From Pseudogymnoascus verrucosus (taxonomy: Eukaryota): 64,000 nt of DNA. The position numbers and the translations under genes were made by a program. Of the stretch, positions 1 to 12,921 are shown in pieces (the first letter of the stretch is position 1; each line of letters begins with the position of its first letter). Where the stretch lies: assembly GCA_001662655.1 (NCBI GenBank), contig KV460211.1; one strand, 5' to 3'. The notes beneath the pieces were generated by a model. The model was given only the letters and a program-made list of their open reading frames with translations, searched no databases and was not told the DNA's origin.

Positions 1-1915
1 TCTCCAGCAGCTCCCCCTTAAGACTGCCAACACTGCCTATGAACGAAGTCAAAAACCCCAAATACTTCTCCTTGCACTCCTCAGTCTTCTCGTCCGCACC
101 AGCACCAGCAAACGACGAAACGGTGACAGAACCGATAGCAGCCTCCGTCATGGTGATGATGACATGCTCGAATTGGAGGATGTCGGAGATGGCTCTGGAG
201 CTGTTGTAGGGAGCGGCGTGTTGGAGGAGGCGGGCGCGGACGGAACGCTCGGCTTGGGGGTTGGGCTCGTCGGCGGCGCGGAGCATGGTGGAGGCGGTAC
301 GCTTTTTTGACGAGGTGGAGCGTTTGGTCCTGGTAGTTGTAGTAGTTAGGTCTATAACCTCGACCTCGTTGACTTGCTGGTCCTGCTAGATCAGATGTCA
401 GTGAAAACGTACGAGAATTTATGGGAAGGTATTGTATTATAGTTACTTACCGGAGTGTCTTCCATGATGCTTATGACGTTGCTGACTTCAGCTGGAGAAA
501 TGATGTTGTCGAGTTGAGGCTTCTTGAGCTTCTGGATACACATGTTAGAATCGGTGTTCTGAATTCCTGATTCGGAGTGAATAACGAGTCCGACCTCCTT
601 CTTCGTATCTCCAGGTTTCTGAATGCGCTGCTTGGGTGGTTCGAAAGTCGTGATCTTCTTGGGAGCAGTAGAGGTCATCAAGTTTGTGAAAGGCTTTTTG
701 GTCATGGCAGGTTTGTCGATGGTTGGTGGGTTGGAGGAAGTTTCACTCTGTTCAAGACGCATCTTGTTCTTGTTGCTGAAAGGGTGTCGTATATATCTGC
801 TTGGAACAACACTTAAGCCGGTCTAGGGGTCCATGAAATCAGTCCATCTTTCGCAAAAAAAAATAACCAAAAAAATAACAGGGAAATTACTCACCGTGTC
901 AAAAGAAGTCAATCGGCTTTCAGCAGGCTTCTCAGCTGCCTTTCCAGAGCCGTTATCTGCGGCTTTCACAGGTGATGTACTGCGGTTCAGCTGGCAGGGG
1001 AAACCAGGGATGATTAACGTGTCTTCAGGATCATACTCATCGGAATCTGAATCATGGCTATCAACATCGATCTTGGGGATCTCGAGAGGATTTGCTCTCG
1101 AACCAGCGGCCTGGGATCCTTCGGTGGACATGACAGCAACAGGCGTTGTGGCCACCTTGGTAGGGCTCTGGGAACCTTCGGTGGTCATGATGGCAACAGG
1201 AGCTGTGGTCGCCATCGTTGGTGTAGGGGCCTGTCCATGCTTCTCTTGATCGAGAGAGGCTCTATCTTCCTCCTCAGATTTTATTCTCGGAGTCATATCG
1301 ACAACAATAGAGTTTCCCTCGTCGTATTCTTCGGCGGCAGATTGCTTTGAAGCTTTTCCAATGGAGGCAAACAATTCTTGGCTGGGATTTTTGAATTGTG
1401 AATTGCTTAACTTTCAGTAGGATGATGGGATGATGGTGAAGCAGCAGGGGAATCAAATCTGGCAGGACTGTTTGGAGTGGCAGCACTCGGGGTAGCTCCT
1501 TCCTTCTTGGCAGACTGATTGTCACCTGCAGAAAGCAAGCTCTTCGCCTCCTTGAGTTGCTCCATGAGCGCCTTGCTCTGACTGAAGCTGAAAACTTTGT
1601 AGGTTCCATCAGGGTTCCTGCAGATCCTAAGCATCTCACTCTGAGCTTTCTTCAGATTGGGGCATAGGTTGGAGATGGTGCGGAGGTTAGTAAGTGTAGT
1701 GCTACCAAGCTGATCGGTGGGTCTGATCTCCCTCGGGAAAATGTCGATAAGCTCGGAGACTCCTCAAGCTTCTTTGATGCGGATGATGGTGTTGGCCCTT
1801 AATTTAGCACCTTGTTCGTTGAGCTCTCCCTTCTGTAAATTTATATTAGTTATTATTCCCAAAAAACTGGACATGAGTGTGTCTTACGATTCTCTGCCCT
1901 CCAACATTCTTGGGG
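1..1915 (-). CDS. Hypothetical multi-exon protein; 3' end runs off the window start
   Basis: Consecutive minus-strand coding-like segments (1407-1634, 823-1374, 391-762, and an open frame through 1-390), with splice-like signals between some. No recognisable domain and exon boundaries are uncertain. Confidence 0.35.
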
Positions 1916-1949
1916 GTATTGTTGGTACTCATCTTCACTGCACTGGGCT

Positions 1950-2127
1950 CCTGTATCTGCTATGAAGGTGAAAGATAAAGAGAAAAGTTTGGAGATACTG
2001 CACTGCTATCGTATCTGCCGTGAAGGAGAAAAGTTTGGAGATACTGCACAGCTATTGTATCTGCTGTGAAGGAGAAAAGTTTGGAGATACTGCACAGTTA
2101 TTGTATCTCCTATGAAGGAGAAAGTTA
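1950..2127. repeat. About 3.5 tandem copies of a 46-bp unit with an internal inverted repeat
   Basis: GAGAAA(A)G-starting units at 1980, 2026, 2072 and a partial one at 2118 (period 46). Each full unit contains AGATAC...GTATCT. Confidence 0.85.
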
Positions 2128-2465
2128 GAGAGCAAGTGTGGAAAAAGTTGGTAGCTTTATAGAAAATTGCTACCGGAGCAGGAGGTTGGAAGGTTTGTTG
2201 ATGGGGCCTAAAGAAGACGCGTACAAAGGAGGTCGCGCTACTTCCTCTAACCAAGCAGTTGTTGTAAACAACCCCTTTAAGTGAATTTAAGGTGAACTTC
2301 AAAATTGAAAGGGAATGTGAACATAGCAGCAGAGAGGCAGAAACTTCCAACCTCTAGATAAGGGTAATCAACGTCTTATATTGTACAACTCTTAGAATAA
2401 TTATATAATACACACCTGGTGTATGAAAACACTAGTAACCAGCCAACACAGCTTCTAATTACACA

Positions 2466-3590
2466 TCACCTAATCTTGCCAGTACGCTTCTTAGCAATCT
2501 CAAGCTTTCCCCCAACACGTGTGACATCCTCATCCACCCTAGTCAGCATCTCATTCTGGAGATCCAGCTCATCACTGATCGCAATCCCCATCTCCTTCTG
2601 CCTCCTCACAATCTTAGCCAGCTCATCCAGATCCATATCCTGTTCCTGCATCAACTGCTTCTGTAGCTGCGCCACTCCCTCATTATCCAGCTCCCTAGTC
2701 CTCTCAGTCTCTTGCGCCGGCGCACCCAACACCCTCCCCTTAGGCCTCGACGCCCCTCCCCCAAACAACTCCGTCCTATCTGCTGAGCTCGCTGCCACTG
2801 TGCTACTCCCCCCTGCCGAAGAACCTCCCGTATTCCCCTTCAACGCCAAACTCGCCGCCAACTTCTCCAACCCCTCTTTCTCCACCTTCGCACTATTAAC
2901 TAAATCCCTCCTCCTCCTCAACTCGCCCTCACCCAACCCCCTCGCCCCCGCAAGTGCCTTCAAACCCTCCTCTAGTGTCTGCACCAGAAGTCCCGCTTTG
3001 ACCAAACACTTCTTCGCACTCGCGCTTGCCTCATGCTGCGCCTGGCTCGTGGTCGCCCCATCCCTCTTCCCCAACCACAACCTCGCCTCATGCAACCTCG
3101 CCTTCATCTCCCTCAACACATCCAACCAAGCCGCTGGATCCAAATTCGCTCCTCCCCCCTTCAAGTCTGAAATCCCGGTGATATCCGCATGTGCCTCCGC
3201 AGAGCGACTGCTCGACTGGCTCGCCGCGGACGACGGCAAGTTCAAGAACGTGCGCCAGACGCTGGTGGCGCGCCACTGGGAATCGGGCGTCTCGGCGATG
3301 GCGCGGAGGTATGTTTCTAGCCCCGCGCGACGCTCTTCGACGAGGGTGGGGTTGGTGGAGGTGCGCATGAATGGTAAGGGCCATGATTTAGAGGGGAGCG
3401 GGATGGGTGGCGGGGTTGGGAGTTGGGTTTTGAGGGCGCTGTCAAGGGCGACGAATTCGGAGTAGCGTTTTTGGACGATGAAGGTGCGGAGGGGGAGGCG
3501 GAGAGTGATGTTGTAGAGGGCGTAGGGGGGGGAGGAGGTGGGGGTCGAGATGGTGGTTGTTGGGATGGAGATTTCGAGGGGAGGCGCCAT
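2466..3590 (-). CDS. VAM7: Vacuolar PX-domain Qc-SNARE (Vam7-like)
   Basis: N-terminal PX domain (VQKRYSEF...LPSK...EERRAGLETYL) and a C-terminal SNARE coil (EQDMDLDELAKIVRRQKEMGIAISDELDLQNEML). No transmembrane anchor. Confidence 0.9.
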   Translation of the reverse strand: MAPPLEISIPTTTISTPTSSPPYALYNITLRLPLRTFIVQKRYSEFVALDSALKTQLPTPPPIPLPSKSWPLPFMRTSTNPTLVEERRAGLETYLRAIAETPDSQWRATSVWRTFLNLPSSAASQSSSRSAEAHADITGISDLKGGGANLDPAAWLDVLREMKARLHEARLWLGKRDGATTSQAQHEASASAKKCLVKAGLLVQTLEEGLKALAGARGLGEGELRRRRDLVNSAKVEKEGLEKLAASLALKGNTGGSSAGGSSTVAASSADRTELFGGGASRPKGRVLGAPAQETERTRELDNEGVAQLQKQLMQEQDMDLDELAKIVRRQKEMGIAISDELDLQNEMLTRVDEDVTRVGGKLEIAKKRTGKIR

Positions 3591-4241
3591 GTTGGAGGGC
3601 GTGGTGGTAAGGGTGGTATGGCGGTTTGGTGGTTGATTGGGGGGGTGGAGGGAGAGTGTTTGGGCTTTGTTGCTCTCTGTTGTGTCTTGTATTGGTATTC
3701 GTGGTACTCTGTGGGGTATATATGCAGTAATGAAGAAGGAAACGCTGAAGATTGAAGTGGATAGTTGTATGAGTAGATGGAGTTCACGGGTAGATGCCTG
3801 GTGACGTTGTGATTGTCTTAGTGCCTGGGATCATGGGCTCTACTAGTACGGTACTGTGCTAACCCCGGATTTTAGCGAGTCCACACGGTCATTGGGGCGG
3901 GCGGCGTGAGGCGGACAAACCCCCAAAATTCGGGACGTTGAACCAAATGATCTAGACTATAGGCAACTACAGTAGTAATTGCACGTGCAAGCATAAGTGC
4001 AAGTTGAAGTTTAAGGTACCAAACACTCATTTAATCAAGTATGCGTCTGCGCAATCTATGATAGTAGTTGCCGTTCCTTTTATGCGCGCGAAAGCATTCA
4101 TGTCTGAATAGCCATGCCGCCTCCTCTTGATTCATGTACTTCGTACTTCGTGACCTCCTATTCCAGATATCTCCACCTCATTACCTCAAACATATATGTG
4201 GTATCGCTCCCCCTTCCCTCGAAGATAAGACAACCCCTCTT

Positions 4242-5202
4242 TTAAAAAGTCTCTTGATCATCCAACCCCTCTCCCTCCGCCGGGATCTCAAACCCGTCCT
4301 CCGTGCTGTACAGAATAGTCTGGATATGCTTGATAAGGCCATCCTCCTGCTTCTCGATCTCCGGGTCCTCCTCAACCGCCTGCTGGATCAACAACTCAAT
4401 ATCCCTCAGCTTCGAGAAGTAGAAATCCCTCTCCCTCTCCAACCCCTGCACGGTCTCCTTCAGCGTATTGTTCTCAGCCTGCAGCGCCGCTGATCCAGGG
4501 CCACCGCCAACCTTGCCAGCGCCGATACGGGCGCCTCCAGTCGTCGGCGTGGTGCCGCCACGACGGGCAGCTGCGGATCCGGCGGAGGTGCGTGAGGCGG
4601 GTGCGGCAGCGGGGGGAGCACCGGAGCCGCGACGGCGCGAGACGGCGTCGTAGTCACCGCCGGGGAAGTACTGGTCCCAGTAGCGCTTGGACCATTGCAG
4701 GAACTCGAGGTTGTCTTGCATTTTGCATTTGATCAGGGACTCGACGGGGATGATGCGGTCGACTTGGTGTTTGGTGAAGCAGTCTGTCGGAGGGGAGGGG
4801 ATTGTTAGTTGCTGTCATGGCTTGAGTTGGGAGAGGAGGGGAGAGGTAGTGATGACGAACTTTGCAAGATCTTGAAGTTTTGCAGGTAGGCATATTCGGT
4901 GTTGACGTTGAACTTGACGCGGGCCATTGGGATATCAAGATAGATGCTGTCGAAGATCTGGCACAGAGCTGCTCTGTTGGAGGGAGGGGTTGTTAGTTTA
5001 CCCTCTTCCAGCTCACCAACTCCGATTCATCGCCGACAGGAATGAAGCTTACCCAGTACCGCACTGTTCAACCTTGGTGACATTCAGCTGCAGCAGGCTG
5101 TTGAGCCATGCCACAAGTTCTTGCCTACAACCCAACTCAGTCAGCGTTGATGCTCGCGTTTTCCGTCCCTGAACGTGGGGTAACCTACCTAGATTCTCCC
5201 AT
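4242..5202 (-). CDS. BIM1: Microtubule plus-end binding protein EB1/Bim1/Mal3 (multi-exon)
   Basis: Exons read MGESR|QELVAWLNSLLQLNVTKVEQCGTG|...MQDNLEFLQW, followed by the EB1 C-terminal motif LERERDFYFSKLRDIE and an acidic ETF end. Confidence 0.95.
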
Positions 5203-6118
5203 CGTAGCAACAGCGACGCGACGTGTATCGTGTGTGTGATAATATGTCTTGAAGACGTGAAGCGATGATAAACAAAGAAGTGGGTAAAGAGGATCCTGAG
5301 GTAAAAGACCGCGATGGACCTTTTTGTCGCGCGTTTATTTGTGAGGAGGAGGAGGAGGGGTGTTGCGCGTAAAGCGGCGGTATATGGGTTACGAAGAATT
5401 ATGGAATTAATGTGTTGCTCCGTGCCTGGTGGTGTTTGTTGGGGGTCCCGCCAATCAACGTGCGGCCGTCCACTGGTCAACCAGGTTGGCGACGCTTGGG
5501 GATCCGCTATTAGGGGGGTTGCACGATGTCATCATGTTTACCAAGTAAACAAGACAAAAAAATCCCATTGGCGATAGTACGGCAGTTGCAAATACAGATT
5601 CGAGGGAACGAGAGAAATAGTTGGGGAATCTATCTTAAGTTCTATCATAAATATTAAGCTTTGTGGCACCAGCATCATCTTCAGGGTCCTGTACAGAAAT
5701 ACAGATGCAACGCGGCACAGTCCGCGGCACATAAACCGATCGATCATCTCTTGTACTGTACAACCATGCATCCAGCTGCCGATTAATACTAGTCCACGTG
5801 CTAATATTGGACGGGTTACATACAAGTTTACCCCTCATTATATTAGTGAGCTTTCCCTGCAATAGTGAGATAGTTCTATACATATGCCGCCATAATAGCT
5901 ACAAAAGTGAGTTATAATCGTTCTTTCTCAATTAGAGTAGCTTCTCCCCTATCTCCCCCTTCAGAAACTCCAGACCGTAGCCCAGAAAATAATATACAGC
6001 TCAAGCAAAGCGCCACTCCAGCACGGTCCAGCAAAAAAGCCTATCCATGCCCAGCGATAAACACCCTTAGAATACAAACCCCCCCCCAACAAAATAAACG
6101 CCCCGTGTCCATGATCCC

Positions 6119-9100
6119 TTAATACGCCCTCCTCCGCTTCTTAGCCTTCCCCTTCCTCGGCGTCGTCTTCTCAACCTTCTTCCCCGCCCCCATCTCCTCA
6201 CCCATACCTTCCTCCAAATCCCTCATCTCCTCATCATCAATCTCGCTCAACTCCTCATCGCTCGTCGCGCGCGCCACATCCTCCTCCACCACCTCCTTCT
6301 CCACCGTCTCCTTCTCCACCACCTCCTTCTCCACCACTTCTTCCTCTACTACCTCCTCCTCCACCACTTCCTCCTCCACCACTTCCTCCTCCACCTCCTC
6401 TTCCATAGGCGGCGGCGGCGGCGGCTCCACAAACGTCCCCGTCTTCGGGTCGTAGTTCTCGAGATACCACGGTTTCCCGCCGCCGGTGAGGAAGGAGCCA
6501 GGAGGGGCCACACTCGCTACGCCGGAAGTGGGTGCGAGGTCTTGGCTTATTATGCTCCCTGCGCCGGGGTTGGAGACTGGGGGTGTGGGGGGTTGTGGGA
6601 GGTTGTTTGACGTGGCCGAGAACTCGGCGGCAGCTGGGGGTGTTTCGGAGGATTGCGCGGCGGCGGGCTCCTCGGTAGTAGGCTTCGCGGCTGCGGCAGG
6701 TGTGATGGATGCGTAGGCTTCACCGTCGTCTGGCTCGCCTGGCGCGTCTTCGTCTTCGTCGAGCATGTCTACATCTGCGGATTCGGCTAGTGCGATGCTA
6801 TCAGCTGCTTCGGCTTCGACTGTGATCTGCTGGTTCACATCGACGTTGTCATCCGCTATATCAGCGCCTTCAATTGACTGAACTGCAACCGTTGGATCAG
6901 CAGTGCCATGTCTTGTAGGACCCAGCAAAGCCTCTGGAGAGATGTCAATGCATCCCTCTAGAACGAGTTCAAGATCCGCGACCATCTTATCCGGCGACTT
7001 TTGGAGCAGGTCTGCCTCTGCGCGGACGGCGATTTCGAGTTGTGGCTGGATGGCCTTGATGATTCGCTTGGCGAGCTTCTTCCTGTCCTTGACTTCGTGG
7101 ATTGCTATCTTCAGCTGGGAATTGTATTCGGCGCTACCCACAGCGGCCTCGCTGGGAAGGTGGGCCGCAACGGCTTCGATGCCTTTCTTGCAGATCATTG
7201 CGATGTCCTCGGCAAGCGTCGTGGCTTGGACGTAATATCGACGATGGAGCCTATTTTGTACTTGCCAGAGGCCAGCAGTAAACGTTCTCTTAATATCGAG
7301 GCTGTATCTCATGTTAGTAATGCAAACAGCGGAAAGGGATGCTAAGATTCAACTTACGCAAGCGCTTTATCGACAATCGGCGGCAGCAGCTTCGTAACGG
7401 GGAAGTACGTGGTATCCAACGTCTCCCTCTGTTTAATAGCATACTGCACCTTCTCCGTCTCCCTCATGACCACATGTGTGCTCAACTCCTTCAACCTCTC
7501 CACATCCTTCACCAGCATCTTCGCAAACTCAATACGCCTCTCCAGCCTCGCGCGTCCCACATCGCCCATACTCGCAAAATTGCGCCTCGTAAGCTCCATC
7601 GACGAAAACGTCTCCATCTGCAACTGCAACCTCTTCAGCAGCGCTGCCCCGCGCCTCGCCTCGCGCTTCAGCGTCCAGTACCGACACGCCGCCGCGACCC
7701 ACTCGCGACGCCGCAGGATCGTGAAGCGCTGGAGTGAGACGTCGACGATGTCGTACACTGCGGACGGAATGACTGGTGCACCCGAAGGGAGTTTCCACAC
7801 CGACTTTGGGTTCTGGAGCTCCCCCTTCTTCTTGGCGCTGCCGATGGTAATGGCCAGGTGCGCGCCGGTCTTCTGGGACTCGTCGGCGGGATGCTCGGTG
7901 GTTGCGTTTTGGTGAGTAGCTGCGAGAGCGAGGGCGGAGGCTTGGCTATCAGCCCAGAGACGGTCGCGCATGGTGCGTTTGTAGAAGCTGCGCGCTTCGC
8001 GTGTGGCTTTCGCGACATCGTTTTCTTTAGCGTAGTCGGTGGGGCAGTGCTTGTCGCAGAAGGCTTTGAGTTGGGTAGTGCCGTCGAGCTCGGCGAGGGT
8101 GCCGTGGTTGTTCTTCATTTTGAGGAAGAGATGGGCTCGGCGGGCGCAGGTGACGTGGAAGGCTTGGTAACAGAGTTTGTTACCGCATTGGATGCAGGCG
8201 CCCATTCGTTGCTGGCAGATATAGCATGTGAGTTTCCAACGTGTTTTGGGAACCTTTTCCACATCCATTACTGGTTCCATGAATGTATGATTGCCGAGTG
8301 AGACTTCTGGAATCCACATGGCACAGAGTAAGTGAGCCCAGCGCGACGAGTTGGTCTGCTTGAAACCACCCTCGGTGTTCGGGCAGAAGATGCAAGTCTA
8401 GATATATGTCAGCATATGCATAGCAATCAATCAACAGTGAAATAACATACCGGGACACCTCTCCCAATAAGCTGGCACTTTCTGCACAGCCACTGACCCT
8501 CCGGAATAAAGGGAACACCGTAACACTCCTGATGAACGGCCAAATCGCAGCCATCACAAAAGACAATCGCATTCGTATTCTCGCAATCCCCATCGTCGCA
8601 AATGGCACACTTGCTATCCAGCTCCTCACCTGCCTGTGGCTCTCCATTCACAGCAGCAGCTGAGCTGGATCGCGGCCTGTGAGTCTGCGGCGGCTTCGGG
8701 TTTGGCTTGGGAATCCGCTTTTCGAGCGCATGCCACTCCTTCTCGATCTTTGTAATAGTGATCTCAAACATCTCGCGGGAGATGGGCTCAATCCCAGCAG
8801 CTTTGCGTTGTGTGAGATTGAATGCCTCAAGCCACTTGTCGTCCTGCTCGTCCATATCATATTCCACCCTCCCCACAGAGCCACCCGTAATCGCCACCTC
8901 GCCGCCCTTGACAGGCAAATCCAAGTCTTCATCGAGGTAGGCATCATTATGTTTGATCATAATATGCTCTGAGCGAATAAATATATCCGTCTCCTGATAC
9001 CCCACATTCGCCATACTCTTCTCAACGTACTTCACCTGCCCTGACGCCTTGTCCTCAAACTTCGCCAGCGCATCGACCTTCCTATAGGATGGCTGCGGCA

Positions 9101-9965
9101 ACGTGAGTCTTTCTTTCGGGTTCTGGTTCTGCAAAGGCGCAATCATAGTCCCCATAGGTGAAGATGCAAACCCCACCGACTGTGCCGCAGCCCTGGCTGC
9201 ATAGAACGCCACAGGGTCTCGCGGCGGGCGTCCAGGCCTCCTCTTCGTCGGCGGCGACCCCTGCGTCATCAGTGCCCCATTCATCATCGCCCCCGGCGTA
9301 ATAGCTCCCATTGAAGTCGGCGTATGTGAACCCTCACCCTCCCTCTCCAGCTCCCCGTCCATCTCCTCAGGAACCCCATCAACCTCCTTGGCACTGTAGG
9401 TCCTCAGCCTAATGTCGATATCTAAATCCGGGTGAAACTCCTCCCATGACCGTTCTTCACGAGGCTTATACCCATCATTCTGGACCACCGCCGCCGCTGC
9501 TTGGGCACTGCTGTTGAACCTCATCTTTGGTTGTTGATTCCTTGGTAGCACCGTGCGCGTCCTATCGCTTCGTGCACTTCGCACACCTCTCTCGCCAGAC
9601 CGAGGATTCCTCCCCCCACCACTCCTATCACTCCTATCTCGCCTAGCGCTAGAGCTCGGATAAACAACCGGCAGAACCCCCTTTCGCGCATTCTCCTGCC
9701 CCACCCGTCCACGGGGCCCAACATAATTATACCCCCCAGGGCCCGTCCCTCCCACAGGCTCCTCATTCCCGTCCTCGTCCACGTATCGACCACCCCCTCC
9801 TGGACCGCCAGGCACATACCGCCGCTTCTTGTGGGGAGGCTCAGATTTCATGACCAGCGGGATGGGAGAGCCGCGTTTGTGAGGGCTGCTGGTGATGCTG
9901 TCGCCGCCGCTGCGCGGTCGGGTGGCTTTGCGCGAGCGGCGCGGGGTGTGTGGCATAGGCGCCAT
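6119..9965 (-). CDS. NTO1: NuA3 HAT complex PHD-finger subunit Nto1/BRPF-like (EPL1 + PHD-zf-PHD; 3 exons)
   Basis: EYDMDEQDDKWL (EPL1), CAICDDGDCENTNAIVFCDGCDLAVHQECYG (PHD) and GACIQC...AFHVTCA (ePHD). Introns near 8398-8450 and 7260-7357. Start placed at MAPMPH. Confidence 0.9.
6284..6400 (-). repeat. Coding 15-bp tandem repeat (EEEVV/EKEVV)n in the Nto1 C-terminus
   Basis: Translation EEEVEEEVVEEEVVEEEVVEEEVVEKEVVEKETVEKEVVEED. Confidence 0.85.
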
Positions 9966-10786
9966 GGTCGTGTTTGTGTGTGTGTGTTCGATGCGTTCAA
10001 TCTGTTCTGTTCGGTAGGGTGCAGATGCAGTTGCTGCCGCTGGGGCGCGTTCGTTTGGTTTGCGATTGTTGGAGGAGAGATGGATGGCGTCGCTGTTGTT
10101 TGAGGCTATGCGCAAGGAGCGGGTGCGCGCAGGGTGACCATGCCACACTCACTGCTTCAAGCGTCGCAGGTTCTGATCGCAGAAAAGAGAGTGTGAAAGA
10201 AGAAGTGTTTACGAGAGGGCAAGCTGTTGGGTTGCGCTTCGCATGAGGCCGAGTTGGGCTGTCGTCGTTGGTCTCGGATCTGGTGTACGCGACAGATCCA
10301 TCCTAGTCTCGACGGGGTGGACCGTGCGCGATCGTGCCAAGAGGGGTGATGGGGCTAACGCTTTTGGGATGATGGGCTTTTTTAAGGTTCGGGATGGATT
10401 TCTAGGGTGTGTTTGGGGGGTTTGAAGGGTTATTTTTGGTAATTGGAAGGAAGGACGGAATGTGATGGTCGGTATGGAAGGATGGAGTATATCTTTGTGC
10501 AGATGAGGGCCGTGTTGATATATCTATGGGCTGTTATTTTGAATTATGAAGTCGGTGTGATTTGGAAGTCCATCTACGATTGTGATTCTCAGTATGAGTG
10601 ACTTCCGTCTGACAAGAGATTTTGCGCCATATATAAGTTCCTACAACGAAGGCACATAATCCCCTATCGCGATAAGGTTGGCTACGTTTCGGAATAACCT
10701 CACCTTCTCACACGCGTGTCGACCGTCACTGACAAATTTTATCGTGAGCTTTATAGCCAGTGGCCAACTTCAATGCCTACTTCCTG

Positions 10787-11413
10787 CTACAGTCCATATA
10801 CTTCCAAGTCTTCATTCATCCCCGGAAAAGCCCACACTTCACTCTCAGCTCCACCAAAGCACCTCAGGTTCCTAACCCCACGGTCTTCAAATCCCAGCTT
10901 CTCAACCACGCGCCTCGACCTTGCATTCCCCTTCGCAAAGAAGCCAAACACAGCATCAACACCCAAGTCTTGCCGGGCATATTCAATCAGCGCCCCCGTG
11001 GCCTCCGTCGCATACCCCTTCCCATTCAGCTCAGGAATAATCGCGAATCCAACATCCGGCGCCTTATACGCATCATCGCCCAGCCCTCGCGTCAGCGACA
11101 CCGTGCCAATCGGCGTGCACCCCTTCAGCACCTCGGAAAACGAGGCGTTGCTGGATGTAGCGGGTGAGTCGGGCTGCAGGTTCACGAGGTATGTGCCATA
11201 TCCGTACTTGCTGTGCTCAGCTTGGAAACGGGTTTCTATGTATTTTCGTGCCCCCGCAGTGGTGGTGATGGAGGTCGGAGTGCCGCCGATAGAGGCGATG
11301 AACTCGGGTGTGTTGTAGAGATTCACGATGAAGTCGCAGTGGGCGTCGTTGGTTGCGATGAGGTGGGAGAGATATAGGCGTGGGGTTGTGATGTGGAAGT
11401 TTGGGTCTGTCAT
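10787..11413 (-). CDS. GNAT acetyltransferase (RimJ/RimL, Acetyltransf_3 family)
   Basis: ITTPRLYL N-terminus, PDVGFAI..ELNGKGYATEA acetyl-CoA loop, and N.RSRRVVEKLGF motif. Intronless, 208 aa. Confidence 0.88.
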   Translation of the reverse strand: MTDPNFHITTPRLYLSHLIATNDAHCDFIVNLYNTPEFIASIGGTPTSITTTAGARKYIETRFQAEHSKYGYGTYLVNLQPDSPATSSNASFSEVLKGCTPIGTVSLTRGLGDDAYKAPDVGFAIIPELNGKGYATEATGALIEYARQDLGVDAVFGFFAKGNARSRRVVEKLGFEDRGVRNLRCFGGAESEVWAFPGMNEDLEVYGL

Positions 11414-11890
11414 TTTGAGTGTGGGGTTGGCAGTGTGGGGTTGGTTTGGGTGCTGAAAATAGATGAGGTAGACAGACGGTATCGGCGATGGTTATGTTGA
11501 TATAACAGTGAGAAGTGGGCTATACAAATGTCTTAAAGGCTGATTCAATAACTGATCTGTAATTTGACTCATAGTTACAGCGGCTCATCTTTTAGTGACA
11601 AGTCGTTATCTCCGACTTCCTGGGTTAACCAGGGTGCGAAGGATCCAGACAATCCCGCCAGTAGTTTAAGCCTAGAATAGAAGCTGCTTATGAGACTTTA
11701 TGCACCTACAATTATAAGTAGAATCCACATTGCGATCGTTTGTAACTACAACTAAATTTAACATAGTGTATCTATTAAATGATTAAGGGGGTAGATAAAC
11801 AACATTAAATATCATTTAATGGTCAAAAACTAAATCTACAGTTCGTGACAATGATTAATTTATTCTACAGAACCACATACAAAAACCCAT

Positions 11891-12921
11891 TCAATGCCCA
11901 TGCTCACCCCCAATCCCCTCATCCCCAATGTCACTCCCGTGTGCAAGCACATGCGTAACAACTCCACCAGTATACCCCGACCCCCTCACTTTATACAAGC
12001 GACGTTCATACGCCCAGCTGAAAATGTGATCAAAATCGCGGCATTGGTGAACAGCTCCCATACCGTTAATACCGACTTTTGTCAGGGGCTCGAGTGTCAC
12101 ATCGCCCGCGCACATTATTGCCTGACGGATATAGTCTAAGCAGTGATCGCGGTGGAGGACGAATTCGTCGGGGGTCATTGTTGTGACGCCCCCAGGATAG
12201 TAGGCAAGTCGAAGAAAGTTCTGGAGATCATCAGCAAACTGTGTAGCTGGAGATGTAGAGAGTGAAGGCTACCAGGCAATGGAGTTGGTGGAACATAGAG
12301 ACTCCGTATACTTTTGCTGTGTCAGGGTTGTTGGGCGCAGGGAGTGAGGCAGGCAGGCTGCCGGTGTACTCTGTTGGAACTTCGATGATCCCTTTGCCGG
12401 CTGGTGTTGGCAAAAATTAGCATTGGTGTTGAACTTGCATCTCGTACGTTCAAAATGGAAGGACTCATCTACTTACGTGGGGATATTCTCTCCCACATCT
12501 CATCCGTAGCATTGGAAGGTGGTCCGCCATAAAACTTGTGAAGCTGGAATGTAACTCGATTCGAATAGAGCACTGATGCGTTAGTCCATGAAGATAGAAA
12601 CTGTGAATATCTTATATACTCACAGTCTGGCACAAAATGATCAGTTCCAGGCGTAGTATAACACCGAAAGCCTCCCAGCAAAATTATTACATTGGCCCAG
12701 ACTGAAAGACCAGCAATAAGAAACAGCAAGGTAATTATTAGAGACCAGTTTTGCCATTGTGTAAAACATCGTCGAGCGGAGCGGCGAGATCCTTTAAACT
12801 GGCCGCGACTATCAGCGTTAAAAGGTAGCCCTTCATCTCCCGCCATTAGAGATGTGCTTGAATCAGCGTGGTCTGAAGGATATCCAGAGACATGTTTATC
12901 ACTGGCGATAAATTTAGACAT
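11891..12921 (-). CDS. DUF3328 / UstYa-like oxidase (fungal RiPP tailoring enzyme), intact, 4 exons
   Basis: Exons 12921-12624, 12572-12477, 12400-12273 and 12220-11891 splice in frame through GT-AG introns. The protein has a single N-terminal TM helix, GPPS..TD..W, VSMFHQLHCL and HRDHCLDYIRQAIMCAGDVTLEP (two HxxHC motifs), and HQCRDF. Confidence 0.93.

Noticed and set aside
1950..2127. CRISPR-like array (palindromic repeats)
   Set aside because: There are no unique spacers, the units are directly tandem, there are no cas genes, and the context is eukaryotic.
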